Assembly (NCBI GenBank): GCA_031390755.1
Contig: JANMTS010000109.1
Coordinates: forward strand, 5,773-69,772
Length of the DNA: 64,000 nucleotides
Direction of reading: 5' to 3'
Source of the DNA: Holophagales bacterium
GTDB lineage: Bacteria > Acidobacteriota > Thermoanaerobaculia > Multivoradales > UBA5704
The notes beneath the pieces are model-generated. The model searched no databases. It was not told the DNA's origin and was given only the letters and a program-made list of their open reading frames with translations. Below are positions 33,219 to 42,267 of the stretch, piece by piece (the stretch's first letter is position 1; every line of letters starts with the position of its first letter). A program made the translations under genes and the position numbers.

Positions 33219-33878
33219 ATGCCCGCCAAGGTCCGCAGCCCCTCGTTTCCCTTCATCTCTCTCCCGGAGTCGATCCACCGGGCGCGCGTCCTCTACGAGG
33301 CGGAGCGCCGGAACCCGGTCTCGCCGGAGGTGGCGGTTTCCCATTGGGGTTACGGGCCGACGAGCAGCGGTGGGCGGCAGATGATCGCGGCGTTGAAGGC
33401 GTTCGATCTGATCGAGGACATCCAGGGGAGGCTGCGGCTCACGGACGTGGGCCAGCACCTCGTGGTCAGGGAGCCCGGGTCTCCCGAGCGCAACGTGCTG
33501 CTGCGGCAGGTGGCCCTCTCTCCCCCGCTCTTCCGGAAGCTCTGGGACCGCTACGGCGCCGACCTGCCTCCCGTCTCCAGCCTGCGGAGCTATCTGGTGC
33601 TGGAGCTGAAGCTCAATCCGAATTCTGTGGAGGATCTGCTGCGGAGCTATCGGGAGACCGTGGCCGTGATGGCGGCGCCCGCGGTATCCGCAACGCCCGC
33701 AACGCCCGCGACGCCGGAGCCGGCGCCCCCCGCAGGAGCCGCGAACCTGACCTTCTCCTTCCCGCTCGGCGAGTTCCGGGCGGCGCGGCGGATCACCTCC
33801 GAGGAGGAGGCGACGCTGCGGGTTCTGTTCGAGATCTGGCTGCAGCAGGTGCGGGAGACGCCGGACGGGGACCGGTAG
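33219..33878 (+). CDS. Hypothetical protein (219 aa)
   Basis: ATG at 33219. The N-terminus FPFISLPESIHRARVLYEAERRNPVSPEVAVSHWGYGPTSSGGRQMIAALKAFDLIED looks winged-helix-like, followed by a Pro/Ala/Thr linker (SATPATPATPEPAPPAGAA). It is divergent from the TA pair. No family recognised. Confidence 0.55.
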   Translation: MPAKVRSPSFPFISLPESIHRARVLYEAERRNPVSPEVAVSHWGYGPTSSGGRQMIAALKAFDLIEDIQGRLRLTDVGQHLVVREPGSPERNVLLRQVALSPPLFRKLWDRYGADLPPVSSLRSYLVLELKLNPNSVEDLLRSYRETVAVMAAPAVSATPATPATPEPAPPAGAANLTFSFPLGEFRAARRITSEEEATLRVLFEIWLQQVRETPDGDR

Positions 33879-33899
33879 GCTCCGTCCAGCGTTGATGCC

Positions 33900-35285
33900 T
33901 CAGCCTTCCGAGGCCTCCTTCGCCATCCGCGGCGAGGACCAGTCGACCTTGCGGGTCAGGTACATGACCGCGGCCAGGATCACGAACAGGCCGAACGAGC
34001 CCAGGAGCAGCGCGTAGTCCTCCGCCTGGAGGAGAACGTAGAGGTAGCCGTAGAGCAGCGCCAGCATGCCGCCCATGGTCAGCGCCCGACGCTTCCCCTT
34101 GAGGATGGCCATCGAGTAGCCCGAGATCAGCAGGACGATCGCGCTGCCGGAGACCGCGTAGGCCGCCCAGAACGGGATCTGCTCCGAAACCGAGAGCAGG
34201 AGCAGGTAGAAGAGGCAGAGCGCCGAGCCCACCAGCAGGTAGTGCATCGGGTGCAGGCCCACCGGGCTGAAGACCTCGAAGAGGAAGAAGGCCAGGAACG
34301 TGAGGGCCAGGAAGAGGAGCCCGTACTTCACCGAGCGCTCCGTCTTCTGGTACACGTCCACCGGCATGTAGAGCGACACGCCGAACGCCGAGTCCGTTAC
34401 GGCCGCGTCGCTCAGCAACTCCTCGCGTTGCGCTTCCAGCCACTGCTGGGGATAGCTCCGGCCGTAGTACGGCACGGCCCAGCTCGCCTGGAATCCTTTC
34501 GGCGACACCACCCGGTGGTCCGGCAGGAAGCCGCCCATGAAGCTCGGATCCTTCCAGGACGAGCTCAGGCTCGCCGTGGTCTGCTTGCCCAGCGGGAGGA
34601 ACTGGAGCGACCGGCTCCCCTGAAGGGAGAGGTCGAAGGCGAAGGGCAGGGTCTCCTTCTCCGGCAACTGGGCCAGGCCGGAGATGGGAACCCGCAGACC
34701 CGTCGCCCAGAGCCCGGCCAGGCTGCCGCCCGGCGAGAGCTGCAAGGCGCGGTTGGCCCAGACCAGCCGCACGCCGCTGCGGATGCCGCGCATGTCCGAG
34801 ACGCCGATCGAGAGATAGGCCTGGTCCCAGAGGATGTCCGTCGGGAGGATCCTCCACTCCGTGAAGCTCGGCTTGAGGAACGTGCCCGATCCGTGCAGGG
34901 CTTCGACCCGGTAGACCGGGACCTCGTAGATGCCTCGCCGCCGGAGATCCGGATTGAGGCGGCCGTCGAGCTTGAGCGCCTCGGGGAGGAAGTGCGCGAG
35001 CTGGGTCCAGGTCGTGACGTTCCCCTTCTCGTCCGTGCTGCGGCTCAGATACGGCACGGTCAGGACAGGGCCGGCCACCACCTGGGCTCCGCCCCAGGTG
35101 CGCCCGATCTCGGACACCACCGAGTCGCGGCGGGCCGCCCGCTCCCGGATCATGCCGTTCACCATCATCATCGGGATCATCAGGGCCAGGATCAGCAGGC
35201 CGATGACGATCATCTTGAACAGCACGGAATCCCGCAGGGTTCGCTTCTGGGGCAACGGCGCGTCGCCGGTCGCGTCAGGGGTCAT
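33900..35285 (-). CDS. creD: Cell envelope integrity inner membrane protein CreD
   Basis: Start at MTPDATG (GGAGGA upstream). Strong similarity to E. coli CreD blocks: SSSWKDPSFMGGFLPDHRVVSPKGFQASW and ERSVKYGLLFLALTFLAFFLFEVFSPVGLHPMHYLLVGSALCLFYLLLLSVSEQ. Confidence 0.88.
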   Translation of the reverse strand: MTPDATGDAPLPQKRTLRDSVLFKMIVIGLLILALMIPMMMVNGMIRERAARRDSVVSEIGRTWGGAQVVAGPVLTVPYLSRSTDEKGNVTTWTQLAHFLPEALKLDGRLNPDLRRRGIYEVPVYRVEALHGSGTFLKPSFTEWRILPTDILWDQAYLSIGVSDMRGIRSGVRLVWANRALQLSPGGSLAGLWATGLRVPISGLAQLPEKETLPFAFDLSLQGSRSLQFLPLGKQTTASLSSSWKDPSFMGGFLPDHRVVSPKGFQASWAVPYYGRSYPQQWLEAQREELLSDAAVTDSAFGVSLYMPVDVYQKTERSVKYGLLFLALTFLAFFLFEVFSPVGLHPMHYLLVGSALCLFYLLLLSVSEQIPFWAAYAVSGSAIVLLISGYSMAILKGKRRALTMGGMLALLYGYLYVLLQAEDYALLLGSFGLFVILAAVMYLTRKVDWSSPRMAKEASEG

Positions 35286-35451
35286 CTCATCTCCTCCGTT
35301 GAGCATCGTGAGTAAGGGCCTTTCGGGCCTGAAGAGGAGTAGACCACGGCGTCGGGTCGTGGCCGTGGCGGGATCGAGGAAAGACGGGACCGGATCGTGG
35401 CGGAATTGTGGCAACGGCTCCGGGAGCCCCGGCTTGGAGTACATTGCCGCC

Positions 35452-36186
35452 ATGACGTCTTCGGCCGGCGCTGCCGGCGTGCTGATCGGTCTCGTGGACG
35501 ACGAGGAGAGCCTTCGGGAGACGGTGGGCTTCGCCCTGCGCCGCGAGGGCTACCGGGTCGAGCCCTTTCCGGACGGGCTGGCGGCCTGGCGGAGCTTCGA
35601 GCAGGGGCTGCCGGACCTGGTCGTCCTCGACATCCTGATGCCCCAGATGGACGGGCTGGAGCTCTGCCGCCGGCTGAGAGCCCTGTCCGAACGCCTGCCC
35701 ATCCTCTTCCTGACCTCGAAGGACGACGAGTTCGACCGGGTGCTCGGGCTGGAGCTGGGGGCGGACGACTATCTCTGCAAGCCGTTCTCGATGCGCGAGC
35801 TGCTGGCCCGGGTCAAGGTGCTGCTGCGGCGGGCGGCCGTGCGCGACGAGCCGGCCGGCGGACCCACTGGGGGGACCGAGGAGCGGATCGTCGAGGTCGG
35901 CCGCCTCCGGCTCGATCTCCGCCGCTATCAGGCCCACTGGTCGAACGCTGCCCTGCCGCTGACCGTCACCGAGTTCACCCTTCTCCACGCCCTGGCCCGC
36001 CACCCGGGACATGTGAAGAGCCGCGCCCAGCTTCTGCAGGAGGGCTACCCTCACGACGCCTACGCGAGCGACCGCACCATCGACAGCCATATCAAGAGGC
36101 TGCGGCGGAAGCTGACCGAGGCCGACCCGGCCTTCGACGCGGTCGAGACGGTGTACGGGCTCGGCTACCGCTGGCGCCCCGACTGA
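35452..36186 (+). CDS. creB: OmpR-family response regulator (CreB-like by context)
   Basis: 244 aa. Receiver domain: LVDDEESL..DLVVLDILMPQMDGLELCRRLR..LTSKDDE. Winged-helix output domain: LTVTEFTLLHALARHPGHVKSRAQLL..TIDSHIKRLRRKL..VYGLGYRW. The symbol is inferred from adjacency to creD. Confidence 0.85.
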   Translation: MTSSAGAAGVLIGLVDDEESLRETVGFALRREGYRVEPFPDGLAAWRSFEQGLPDLVVLDILMPQMDGLELCRRLRALSERLPILFLTSKDDEFDRVLGLELGADDYLCKPFSMRELLARVKVLLRRAAVRDEPAGGPTGGTEERIVEVGRLRLDLRRYQAHWSNAALPLTVTEFTLLHALARHPGHVKSRAQLLQEGYPHDAYASDRTIDSHIKRLRRKLTEADPAFDAVETVYGLGYRWRPD

Positions 36187-36205
36187 GCTTGACCAGGTAG
36201 ATACC

Positions 36206-37891
36206 ATGCGCTTCCTCACCGGCATCCCCCTGAGGCTGCTCCTGTTCAACGTGCTGCTGGTGTTCCTGCCGGCGGCCGGGTTCCTCTATCTGGATGTCTA
36301 TGAGAGGGAGCTGCTGAAAGCCCAGGAGCGGGCGATGGTGCAGCAGGGCCGGCACCTGGCCGCGGCGCTGTCGAGCCTGGGAGACCTCGACCGCGGTCTC
36401 GACCAGGCCCGGGCCGACGGGCTGCTGCGCCGGCTCGACCGCCGGACGGACGCCCGGCTGCGCATCCTCGGCCCGGGCGGCGCGCTGCTCGCCGACTCGG
36501 CCTCCTACGGACCGCAACGGAGCGCGGGCGGCGGCGAGAGGGAGCTCCCGGAGCGCTACCGATCCGAAAGCCTCGAACCGTCCCCGTCCGGAGCGCGGCT
36601 CAAGCCGTCCTACCGGATCGGCGTCTGGATCTACAACGTCCCCCGGCGCGTGGCCCGGTTCCTGGGCGCTCCGCGGCCCGACCCGCCGGAGACCTTCTAC
36701 GATCATCCGGGCGAGCCGCTGCTCGGCTCGGAGGTCCAGGCCGCGCTCGCCGGCCGCTACGGTGCTGTCACCCGGCGGACTCCCGGGCAGCGGTCGCTCA
36801 CCCTCTATTCAGCCATCCCGGTGCGCGCTGGTTCGGATCGAGACGGCAACAGGGTCGTTGGCGCGGTCCTGGTCTCCCAGTCCACCTACCGCCTGCTTGC
36901 CGCTATCTACGAGGTGCGCCTGGGCATCTTCCGCGTCTTCCTCGGCTCGGTGGCGGCGGCCGTGGTCCTGACGCTGATCGTGTCCACGACCATCGCCCGT
37001 CCCCTGCGGCGGCTCCGCGACGAGGCCAACGCCCTGCTCGACCGCCGCGGCCGGCTGCGCGGGCGCTTCGGCGGCTCGAAGCGCCGCGACGAGATCGGCG
37101 ACCTCGCCCGAGCCCTGGAGGAATTGACCCGGCGCCTGGAGGCCCACCTTGCGTTCACCGAGTCGTTCGCTTCGGACGTCTCGCACGAGCTCAAGAATCC
37201 GCTGGCCGCGATCCGCACCGCCACCGAGCTTCTCGCCGAGGTCGAGGAGCCCGCGGACCGCCAGCGGTTCCTCGGCCTGGTCCAGAAGGAGGTGGCGCGC
37301 ATGGAGGGTCTGCTCTCCGGCGTGCGCGAGATCACCGAGATCGACGCCCGGCTCGAAGAGGAAGGGACCGGGCCGACCGCCCTCGACGCGCTGCTCCGGG
37401 AGGTGGTCGCAGCGCGATGTCTGCGCGCCGAGCATCGGGATTTCGTCGCCGCGCAATGTCTGCGCGCCGACAGGAGCGTCGAAACGCTGGTACGAGCGGG
37501 CTCGGAGCGCATCCTGGTGCGCGCCTCGCCCGAGCGGCTGACCCAGGTTCTCGAGAATCTGCTCGACAACGCGGCGAGCTTCTCGCCTCCCGGCGGGACG
37601 GTGGAGGTCCGCCTGGTGCGAATCGATGGCAGCGCCGTCCTGACCGTGGACGACCGCGGCCCGGGAATCCCCGAGGCGCACCTTGAGCGCATCTTCGACA
37701 GGTTCTTTTCCTGGCGCCCCGCCCACGGCCGGAGCGACCGGAATGATCGGAGCGAGCGAAGCGAAGTCCGGCACACCGGTCTGGGGCTCGCCATCGCGAA
37801 GGCGATCGTGGAGGGTTACGGGGGTTCCATCGCCGCCCGCAACCGTCCCGGCGGCGGGGCCTGCTTCGAGGTTCATTTCCCGGCGGCCTGA
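36206..37891 (+). CDS. creC: Sensor histidine kinase (CreC-like by context)
   Basis: 561 aa with two TM segments and a HAMP domain. HisKA: FASDVSHELKNPLAAIRTATELL. HATPase: LENLLDNAASFS, DRGPGIP, GLGLAIAKAIVEGYGGSI. Confidence 0.88.
   Translation: MRFLTGIPLRLLLFNVLLVFLPAAGFLYLDVYERELLKAQERAMVQQGRHLAAALSSLGDLDRGLDQARADGLLRRLDRRTDARLRILGPGGALLADSASYGPQRSAGGGERELPERYRSESLEPSPSGARLKPSYRIGVWIYNVPRRVARFLGAPRPDPPETFYDHPGEPLLGSEVQAALAGRYGAVTRRTPGQRSLTLYSAIPVRAGSDRDGNRVVGAVLVSQSTYRLLAAIYEVRLGIFRVFLGSVAAAVVLTLIVSTTIARPLRRLRDEANALLDRRGRLRGRFGGSKRRDEIGDLARALEELTRRLEAHLAFTESFASDVSHELKNPLAAIRTATELLAEVEEPADRQRFLGLVQKEVARMEGLLSGVREITEIDARLEEEGTGPTALDALLREVVAARCLRAEHRDFVAAQCLRADRSVETLVRAGSERILVRASPERLTQVLENLLDNAASFSPPGGTVEVRLVRIDGSAVLTVDDRGPGIPEAHLERIFDRFFSWRPAHGRSDRNDRSERSEVRHTGLGLAIAKAIVEGYGGSIAARNRPGGGACFEVHFPAA
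37406..37470. repeat. In-frame 39-bp-period direct duplication inside the histidine kinase gene
   Basis: gtcgcagcgcgatgtctgcgcgccga (37406..37431) and gtcgccgcgcaatgtctgcgcgccga (37445..37470) match at 24/26 positions and encode VAARCLRAE....VAAQCLRAD. Confidence 0.8.
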
Positions 37892-37973
37892 CGCCTCGTG
37901 TAGTCTTTGCGGGAGACGGAGAGGTTTTGCGTATCCTGGGACGGCGTTCAAGCCGCCCGATCAAGGAGGGCCG

Positions 37974-38366
37974 ATGGCAGGGGTTCCCGGAGCGAGCAAG
38001 AGGATCGAGGAGCGAGTTCTGGCGTGGCCGGGCGTGGAAGCCCACCCGCATCGCTTCGGCGGCATCGAATACTGGCTGGGCAACCGGGAGGTTGGGCACA
38101 TCCACGGCGATCACATGCTCGACATCGCCTTTCCGAAGCGGGTGCGCGAAGAGCTGGTCCAGGCCGGCCTCGCCCGGCCGCATCACCTGCTGCCGCAGAG
38201 CGGCTGGGTCAGCTTCTACATGCGCGTGGAAGAGGACGTGGAGCAGGCCGTGACCCTCCTCGCCCGGTCGTACGAGCTGGCGCGCGAGCAGCAGGCCCGC
38301 AAGAGCGGAGAGGCTCTCGCGGCTGCGACGGCCGCAACGGCCGCGCAGCCGGGCCCGGAGAGTTGA
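37974..38366 (+). CDS. Small 'luciferase-family' (PF17648-like) protein
   Basis: 130 aa with AAGGAGGG upstream. The sequence VLAWPGVEAHPHRFGGIEYWLGNREVGHIHGDHMLDIAFPKRVREELVQAGLARPHHLLPQSGWVSF matches my memory of this bacterial family. Confidence 0.65.
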   Translation: MAGVPGASKRIEERVLAWPGVEAHPHRFGGIEYWLGNREVGHIHGDHMLDIAFPKRVREELVQAGLARPHHLLPQSGWVSFYMRVEEDVEQAVTLLARSYELAREQQARKSGEALAAATAATAAQPGPES

Positions 38367-40006
38367 ACAACCCCGAGGCGGCCGCGCCGCCTCGACGCTC
38401 CACCTGGAGCCCGCTGCGCCACGCCACCTTCCGGGCCCTGTGGATCGCCACGCTGGCCTCGAACGTCGGCACCTGGTTCCAGAGCGTCGGCGCCGCCTGG
38501 CTGATGACCTCGCTCACGACCTCCGCGGTGATGGTGGCGCTGGTCCAGGCCGCCACCAGCCTCCCGATGTTCCTGCTCTCCCTCCCCGCCGGCGCCCTGG
38601 CCGACGTCGTGGACCGCCGCCGCATCCTCCTCGTCACCCAGAGCTGGATGACGCTCGCCGCCGCCGGCCTGAGCATCCTGACCTTCGCCGGCCGGACCGG
38701 CCCGTGGACCCTGCTCCTCTTCACCACCCTGCTGGGGCTCGGCGCGGCCCTCAACCAGCCGGCGTGGCAGTCGATCATCCCGGAGCTCGTGCCGCGCGAG
38801 GATCTCCCCGCGGCCATCTCGCTCGGGAGCGTCGGCTTCAACATCGCCCGCGCCGCCGGTCCCGCGCTCGGAGGCCTGATCGTGGCGGCGGCCGGCGCCG
38901 AGCTCAACTTCCTGCTCAACGCGCTCTCGTTCCTGGGGGTGCTGGTGGTGCTCTTCCGCTGGGAACGGCCGCCGGGTACTTCGGTCCTGCCGGCCGAGCG
39001 GTTCTTCGGCGCCATGCGCACCGGACTGCGCTACGTCCGCCACTCGCCGGAGCTGCTGGCGGTGATCACGCGCGGCGCGGTGTTCGTCACCGGCGCCAGC
39101 TCGCTCTGGGCCTTGCTGCCGGTGGTGGCGCGCGATCTCGGACGCGGCGCCGCCGGCTACGGACTGCTGCTCGGAGCCCTGGGCGTCGGTGCGGTGGCGG
39201 GTGCGTTCGTCCTTCCCCGCCTCAATCGCAAAAATTCGCGCAAGGACTCGACGGACGTGGTCGTCGCCATCACCACGCTGGTCTTCGCGGGCGGCGTGCT
39301 CGTGCTGGGTCTCAAGATCCACTTCTGGCTGATCTTCACCGCCCTGCTCGCGGCAGGCGGAGCCTGGCTGGCGCTCCTCTCCAGCCTGAACGTGGCGGTC
39401 CAGACGCTCGTGCCCTCCTGGGTCCGCGGCCGGGCGCTGTCGGTCTACATGCTCTGCATCTTCGGCGGCCTCGCCGGGGGAAGCGCTCTCTGGGGGGCAG
39501 TGGCCGAGCGCACCGGCGTGCCGCGCGCCCTGGCCCTCTCCGCGGCCAGCCTCGTCGCCGGCCTGCTCCTCACCTTCCGCATTCCTCTGCGCTCGGGCGA
39601 AGGTCTCAACCTGGCGCCTTCCCGCCAGTGGCCCGCCCCGCGGACCGACTACGACGAGATGGAGCCGCACGGCGGCCCCGTCCTGGTGATGCTCCGCTAC
39701 CGGATCGATCCGCAGCAGGCCGCGGACTTCTCCACCGCCATGCGCGATCTCCGGCGGGTCCGGCTGCGCGGCGGCGCCATGCAATGGGGGCTGTTCACGG
39801 ACGCTGCCGACTCCGGTCAATACACGGAGATGTTCCTGGTCGAGTCCTGGATGGAGCACCTGCGCCAGCACGAGCGGATCACCGTGGCCGACGAGGAGAT
39901 CCGTCTGCACGCCGGCTCGTTCCACCTGGGACCGGAGCCGCCGTCGGTCGAGCACCTGATGGCGGTGGACCGGTCCCGGGGGCCGTCTTCCAGACCGGCC
40001 GCCTGA
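38363..40006 (+). CDS. MFS transporter (ENTS/MFS_3-like) with a C-terminal ABM/Dabb-like domain
   Basis: TTG start overlapping the upstream TGA (TTGA). The N-terminus reads LRHATFRALWIATLASNVGTWFQSVGAAWLM.. and is followed by about 12 TM segments. The C-terminal soluble part reads VLVMLRYRIDPQQAADFSTAM..YTEMFLVESWMEHLRQHERIT. Confidence 0.8.
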   Translation: MNNPEAAAPPRRSTWSPLRHATFRALWIATLASNVGTWFQSVGAAWLMTSLTTSAVMVALVQAATSLPMFLLSLPAGALADVVDRRRILLVTQSWMTLAAAGLSILTFAGRTGPWTLLLFTTLLGLGAALNQPAWQSIIPELVPREDLPAAISLGSVGFNIARAAGPALGGLIVAAAGAELNFLLNALSFLGVLVVLFRWERPPGTSVLPAERFFGAMRTGLRYVRHSPELLAVITRGAVFVTGASSLWALLPVVARDLGRGAAGYGLLLGALGVGAVAGAFVLPRLNRKNSRKDSTDVVVAITTLVFAGGVLVLGLKIHFWLIFTALLAAGGAWLALLSSLNVAVQTLVPSWVRGRALSVYMLCIFGGLAGGSALWGAVAERTGVPRALALSAASLVAGLLLTFRIPLRSGEGLNLAPSRQWPAPRTDYDEMEPHGGPVLVMLRYRIDPQQAADFSTAMRDLRRVRLRGGAMQWGLFTDAADSGQYTEMFLVESWMEHLRQHERITVADEEIRLHAGSFHLGPEPPSVEHLMAVDRSRGPSSRPAA

Positions 40007-40046
40007 ACCGTCGATCCGGCCTTCTATCTGGACAGCCGGGCGGCGG

Positions 40047-40136
40047 TCAGTCCCGCCGCAGCGCCACGAGCGGGTCCATCTGGCTCGCGCGGTGCGCCGG
40101 GATGGCGCTCGCGATCAGCGCCACGGCCGCGAGCAT
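40047..40136 (-). pseudogene. 3'-terminal fragment (29 codons) of an FtsX/MacB-type ABC permease
   Basis: My reverse translation is MLAAVALIASAIPAHRASQMDPLVALRRD followed by a stop. This is the conserved extreme C-terminus (..AsyiPArRAsrvdPmvALR.e) of MacB/FtsX permeases. An in-frame TAA lies 3 codons upstream, so no body remains. Confidence 0.65.
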
Positions 40137-40199
40137 TGGCCATCCTTACGCCCTGGGGGCGGAACATGTTTCGTGGCGAGTGGTATAAAAGCGTCCGCG

Positions 40200-42173
40200 A
40201 TGAAGCGCCTTCCGCTGCGTGTCCTGGTACCGGCGCTGGTCCCGGCGCTGGTCCTGGCGTTCGGGGGCTGCCGCCCGTCTCCCCCGAAGCCGGAGCGCGC
40301 GCCCGTCCTGTTCCTCGGCCTCGACGGCGCCGACTGGCAGCTCCTCGATCCCTACCTGAAGAACGGGACGATGCCCAACCTCGCCGCGCTGGCCGCGGAG
40401 GGCCGCTCGGGCGTCCTGGCCACGCTTCAGCCGCCGCTCTCCCCGCTCGTCTGGACCACGATGATGACGGGGGTGAGCCCGCTGGAGCACGGCGTGCTCG
40501 ACTTCACCCGGCTGAACCCGCGGACCGGCGTCGAGGAGCCGATCACCCGTGAGGAGCGGCGGGTTCCCGCCATCTGGAACCTCGCCGACCTCGAAGGCCG
40601 CAGCTCGGCCGTGTTCGGGATGTGGGCGACCTGGCCCGCCGAGCCGGTGCGCGGGCTGATGGTCGCCGACCGCTTCTTCTCCTTCACCTCCCGGGACCGG
40701 AGGCCGCCGCCGGGGATCGTCCATCCCGCGGACCGGGAGCCCTGGGCCCGGGAGACCCTCGAGCGCGTCGAGCGGGAGACCGGGTACGAATCGCTCCGCG
40801 AGTACCTCCCCTGGCTGGAGCCGGCGGAGTATGAAGAGGCCGCGGTCGGCGACGGCTACGGCCAGCCGGTGAGCGCGCTGCGCCGCATCCTGGTCGAAAC
40901 CCGCGCCTACGATGCGCTGGCCAGCTCCTGGTTGACGACGGAGACGCCGGACCTGACCGTCCTCTATCTCCAGGGGACCGACACTCTGGGCCACGTGTTC
41001 GCGCCCTACGCGCCGCCACGCCAGGAGGGCGTTTCGGCCGAGAGCTTCGAGAGATACCGGCGCGTTCCGGAGATCTACTTCGCCGAGGTGGACCGCCTGA
41101 TCGGCCGGTACCGCGATTGGGCCGCGAAGCGCGGCGCGGTCGTCCTGATCGCCTCGGACCATGGCTTTCTCTGGGGAGACGGGCGGCCCCGGAATATCGG
41201 GAATGGGACTGGAACCGGGAACGCGGCCACGGCCGGCCTCTGGCACCGCGACGAGGGGATCTATCTCCTCTGGGGACCCGAAATCGCCCCGGGCGGGGAA
41301 CGCGGACGCGGCCGGGTGGACCAGGTCGCCTCCACGCTCCTGGCGCTCCTCGGCCTCCCGCCCGGGAAGGGGCTGGCCGGACCTCCCCTGCCCGGCTCGC
41401 CGGCCGGCTCCGGGGACCCGGTCGACTATCGGGCCCGCTGGAAGCCCGCCCCGATTCCGGAGACGGCCGAGACAGCCGAGCCGGCCGGCGGCTCGCAATC
41501 GGAAGAGATCGCCAAGCTGCGCGCGCTCGGCTACCTCGGATCCTCCGAACCGAACCGCGCGGTTTCTCCAGGAGACAAGCGTCCCGGCGGCACGCGCACC
41601 GCAGCCTCCTACAACAACGAAGGTCTCCTGCTCCGCCAGGCGGGCCGCGAGACCGAGGCCGGCCGCGCCTTCGAGCGCGCCCTGACCCTGGCTCCGGAAT
41701 CGGCGTCCGCGCTCTGGAACTTGAGCGAGCTGCTGGAGAGCCGGAACCGTGACCGGTCCGACGACCTCCTGATCCGGGCCGTGGAAGCAGGTCTGCCCGG
41801 CGGTGCCGAGCGTGTCCTGGGCCGGGTCCGTCAGGCCGAGCCGGAACGCCGGCTCTCACAGGCTGATCCCGATCGTCGGCTTCGCCTCCTTGACCGGGCG
41901 CTCGCCGTCCTGACCAGTGATCCCAGGCTCTGGCTCGCCCGCGGCCAGCTCCGCTTCGAGCGCCAGGAATGCCGCGAAGCGCGCGCCGACTTCGAGACCG
42001 CCGCGCGCCTCGCGCCGACGGAGCCCCTGGCCCACAACGGGATCGGCCTCTCCAGCCTCTGCCTCGAAGACCCGGCCGGAGCCGCCCGCGCCTTCCGGCA
42101 ATCGCTGGAGATCGATCCCGCCCAGCCGGAGATCCGCGGCGTGCTCGCGCAACTCGCACCACTCGGAGGCTGA
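40200..42173 (+). CDS. Lipoprotein: type I phosphodiesterase/nucleotide pyrophosphatase (alkaline-phosphatase superfamily) fused to TPR repeats
   Basis: The signal peptide and lipobox read MKRLPLRVLVPALVPALVLAFGGC. Catalytic-domain blocks: LFLGLDGADWQLLDP, PLSPLVWTTMMTG, LQGTDTLGHVF, IASDHGF. The C-terminal TPR-like helices read AGRAFERALTLAPESASALWNLS.., ARADFETAARLAPTEPLAHNGIG.. Confidence 0.8.
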   Translation: MKRLPLRVLVPALVPALVLAFGGCRPSPPKPERAPVLFLGLDGADWQLLDPYLKNGTMPNLAALAAEGRSGVLATLQPPLSPLVWTTMMTGVSPLEHGVLDFTRLNPRTGVEEPITREERRVPAIWNLADLEGRSSAVFGMWATWPAEPVRGLMVADRFFSFTSRDRRPPPGIVHPADREPWARETLERVERETGYESLREYLPWLEPAEYEEAAVGDGYGQPVSALRRILVETRAYDALASSWLTTETPDLTVLYLQGTDTLGHVFAPYAPPRQEGVSAESFERYRRVPEIYFAEVDRLIGRYRDWAAKRGAVVLIASDHGFLWGDGRPRNIGNGTGTGNAATAGLWHRDEGIYLLWGPEIAPGGERGRGRVDQVASTLLALLGLPPGKGLAGPPLPGSPAGSGDPVDYRARWKPAPIPETAETAEPAGGSQSEEIAKLRALGYLGSSEPNRAVSPGDKRPGGTRTAASYNNEGLLLRQAGRETEAGRAFERALTLAPESASALWNLSELLESRNRDRSDDLLIRAVEAGLPGGAERVLGRVRQAEPERRLSQADPDRRLRLLDRALAVLTSDPRLWLARGQLRFERQECREARADFETAARLAPTEPLAHNGIGLSSLCLEDPAGAARAFRQSLEIDPAQPEIRGVLAQLAPLGG

Positions 42174-42267
42174 GAGGCTCTCCCCCGCCTCCTCCCGGCG
42201 TGATAGGTTTCGCCCTGCCGCACATTTGCAACATGACTCGGCGGAGACCCGCCGACAGGAGCCTCTG

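Noticed and set aside
35286-35451. CGTGGC/TGTGGC direct repeats in the creD-creB divergent spacer as CreB binding sites.
   Set aside because: They do not match the E. coli cre-tag (TTCAC-N6-TTCAC). Short GC-rich hexamers recur by chance in this composition.
40140-40199. A TATAAA box 12 nt upstream of the phosphodiesterase ATG, as a promoter or leaderless-mRNA signal.
   Set aside because: It is a single hexamer with no convincing -35 element, and the organism's promoter consensus is unknown. I cannot support it from sequence alone.
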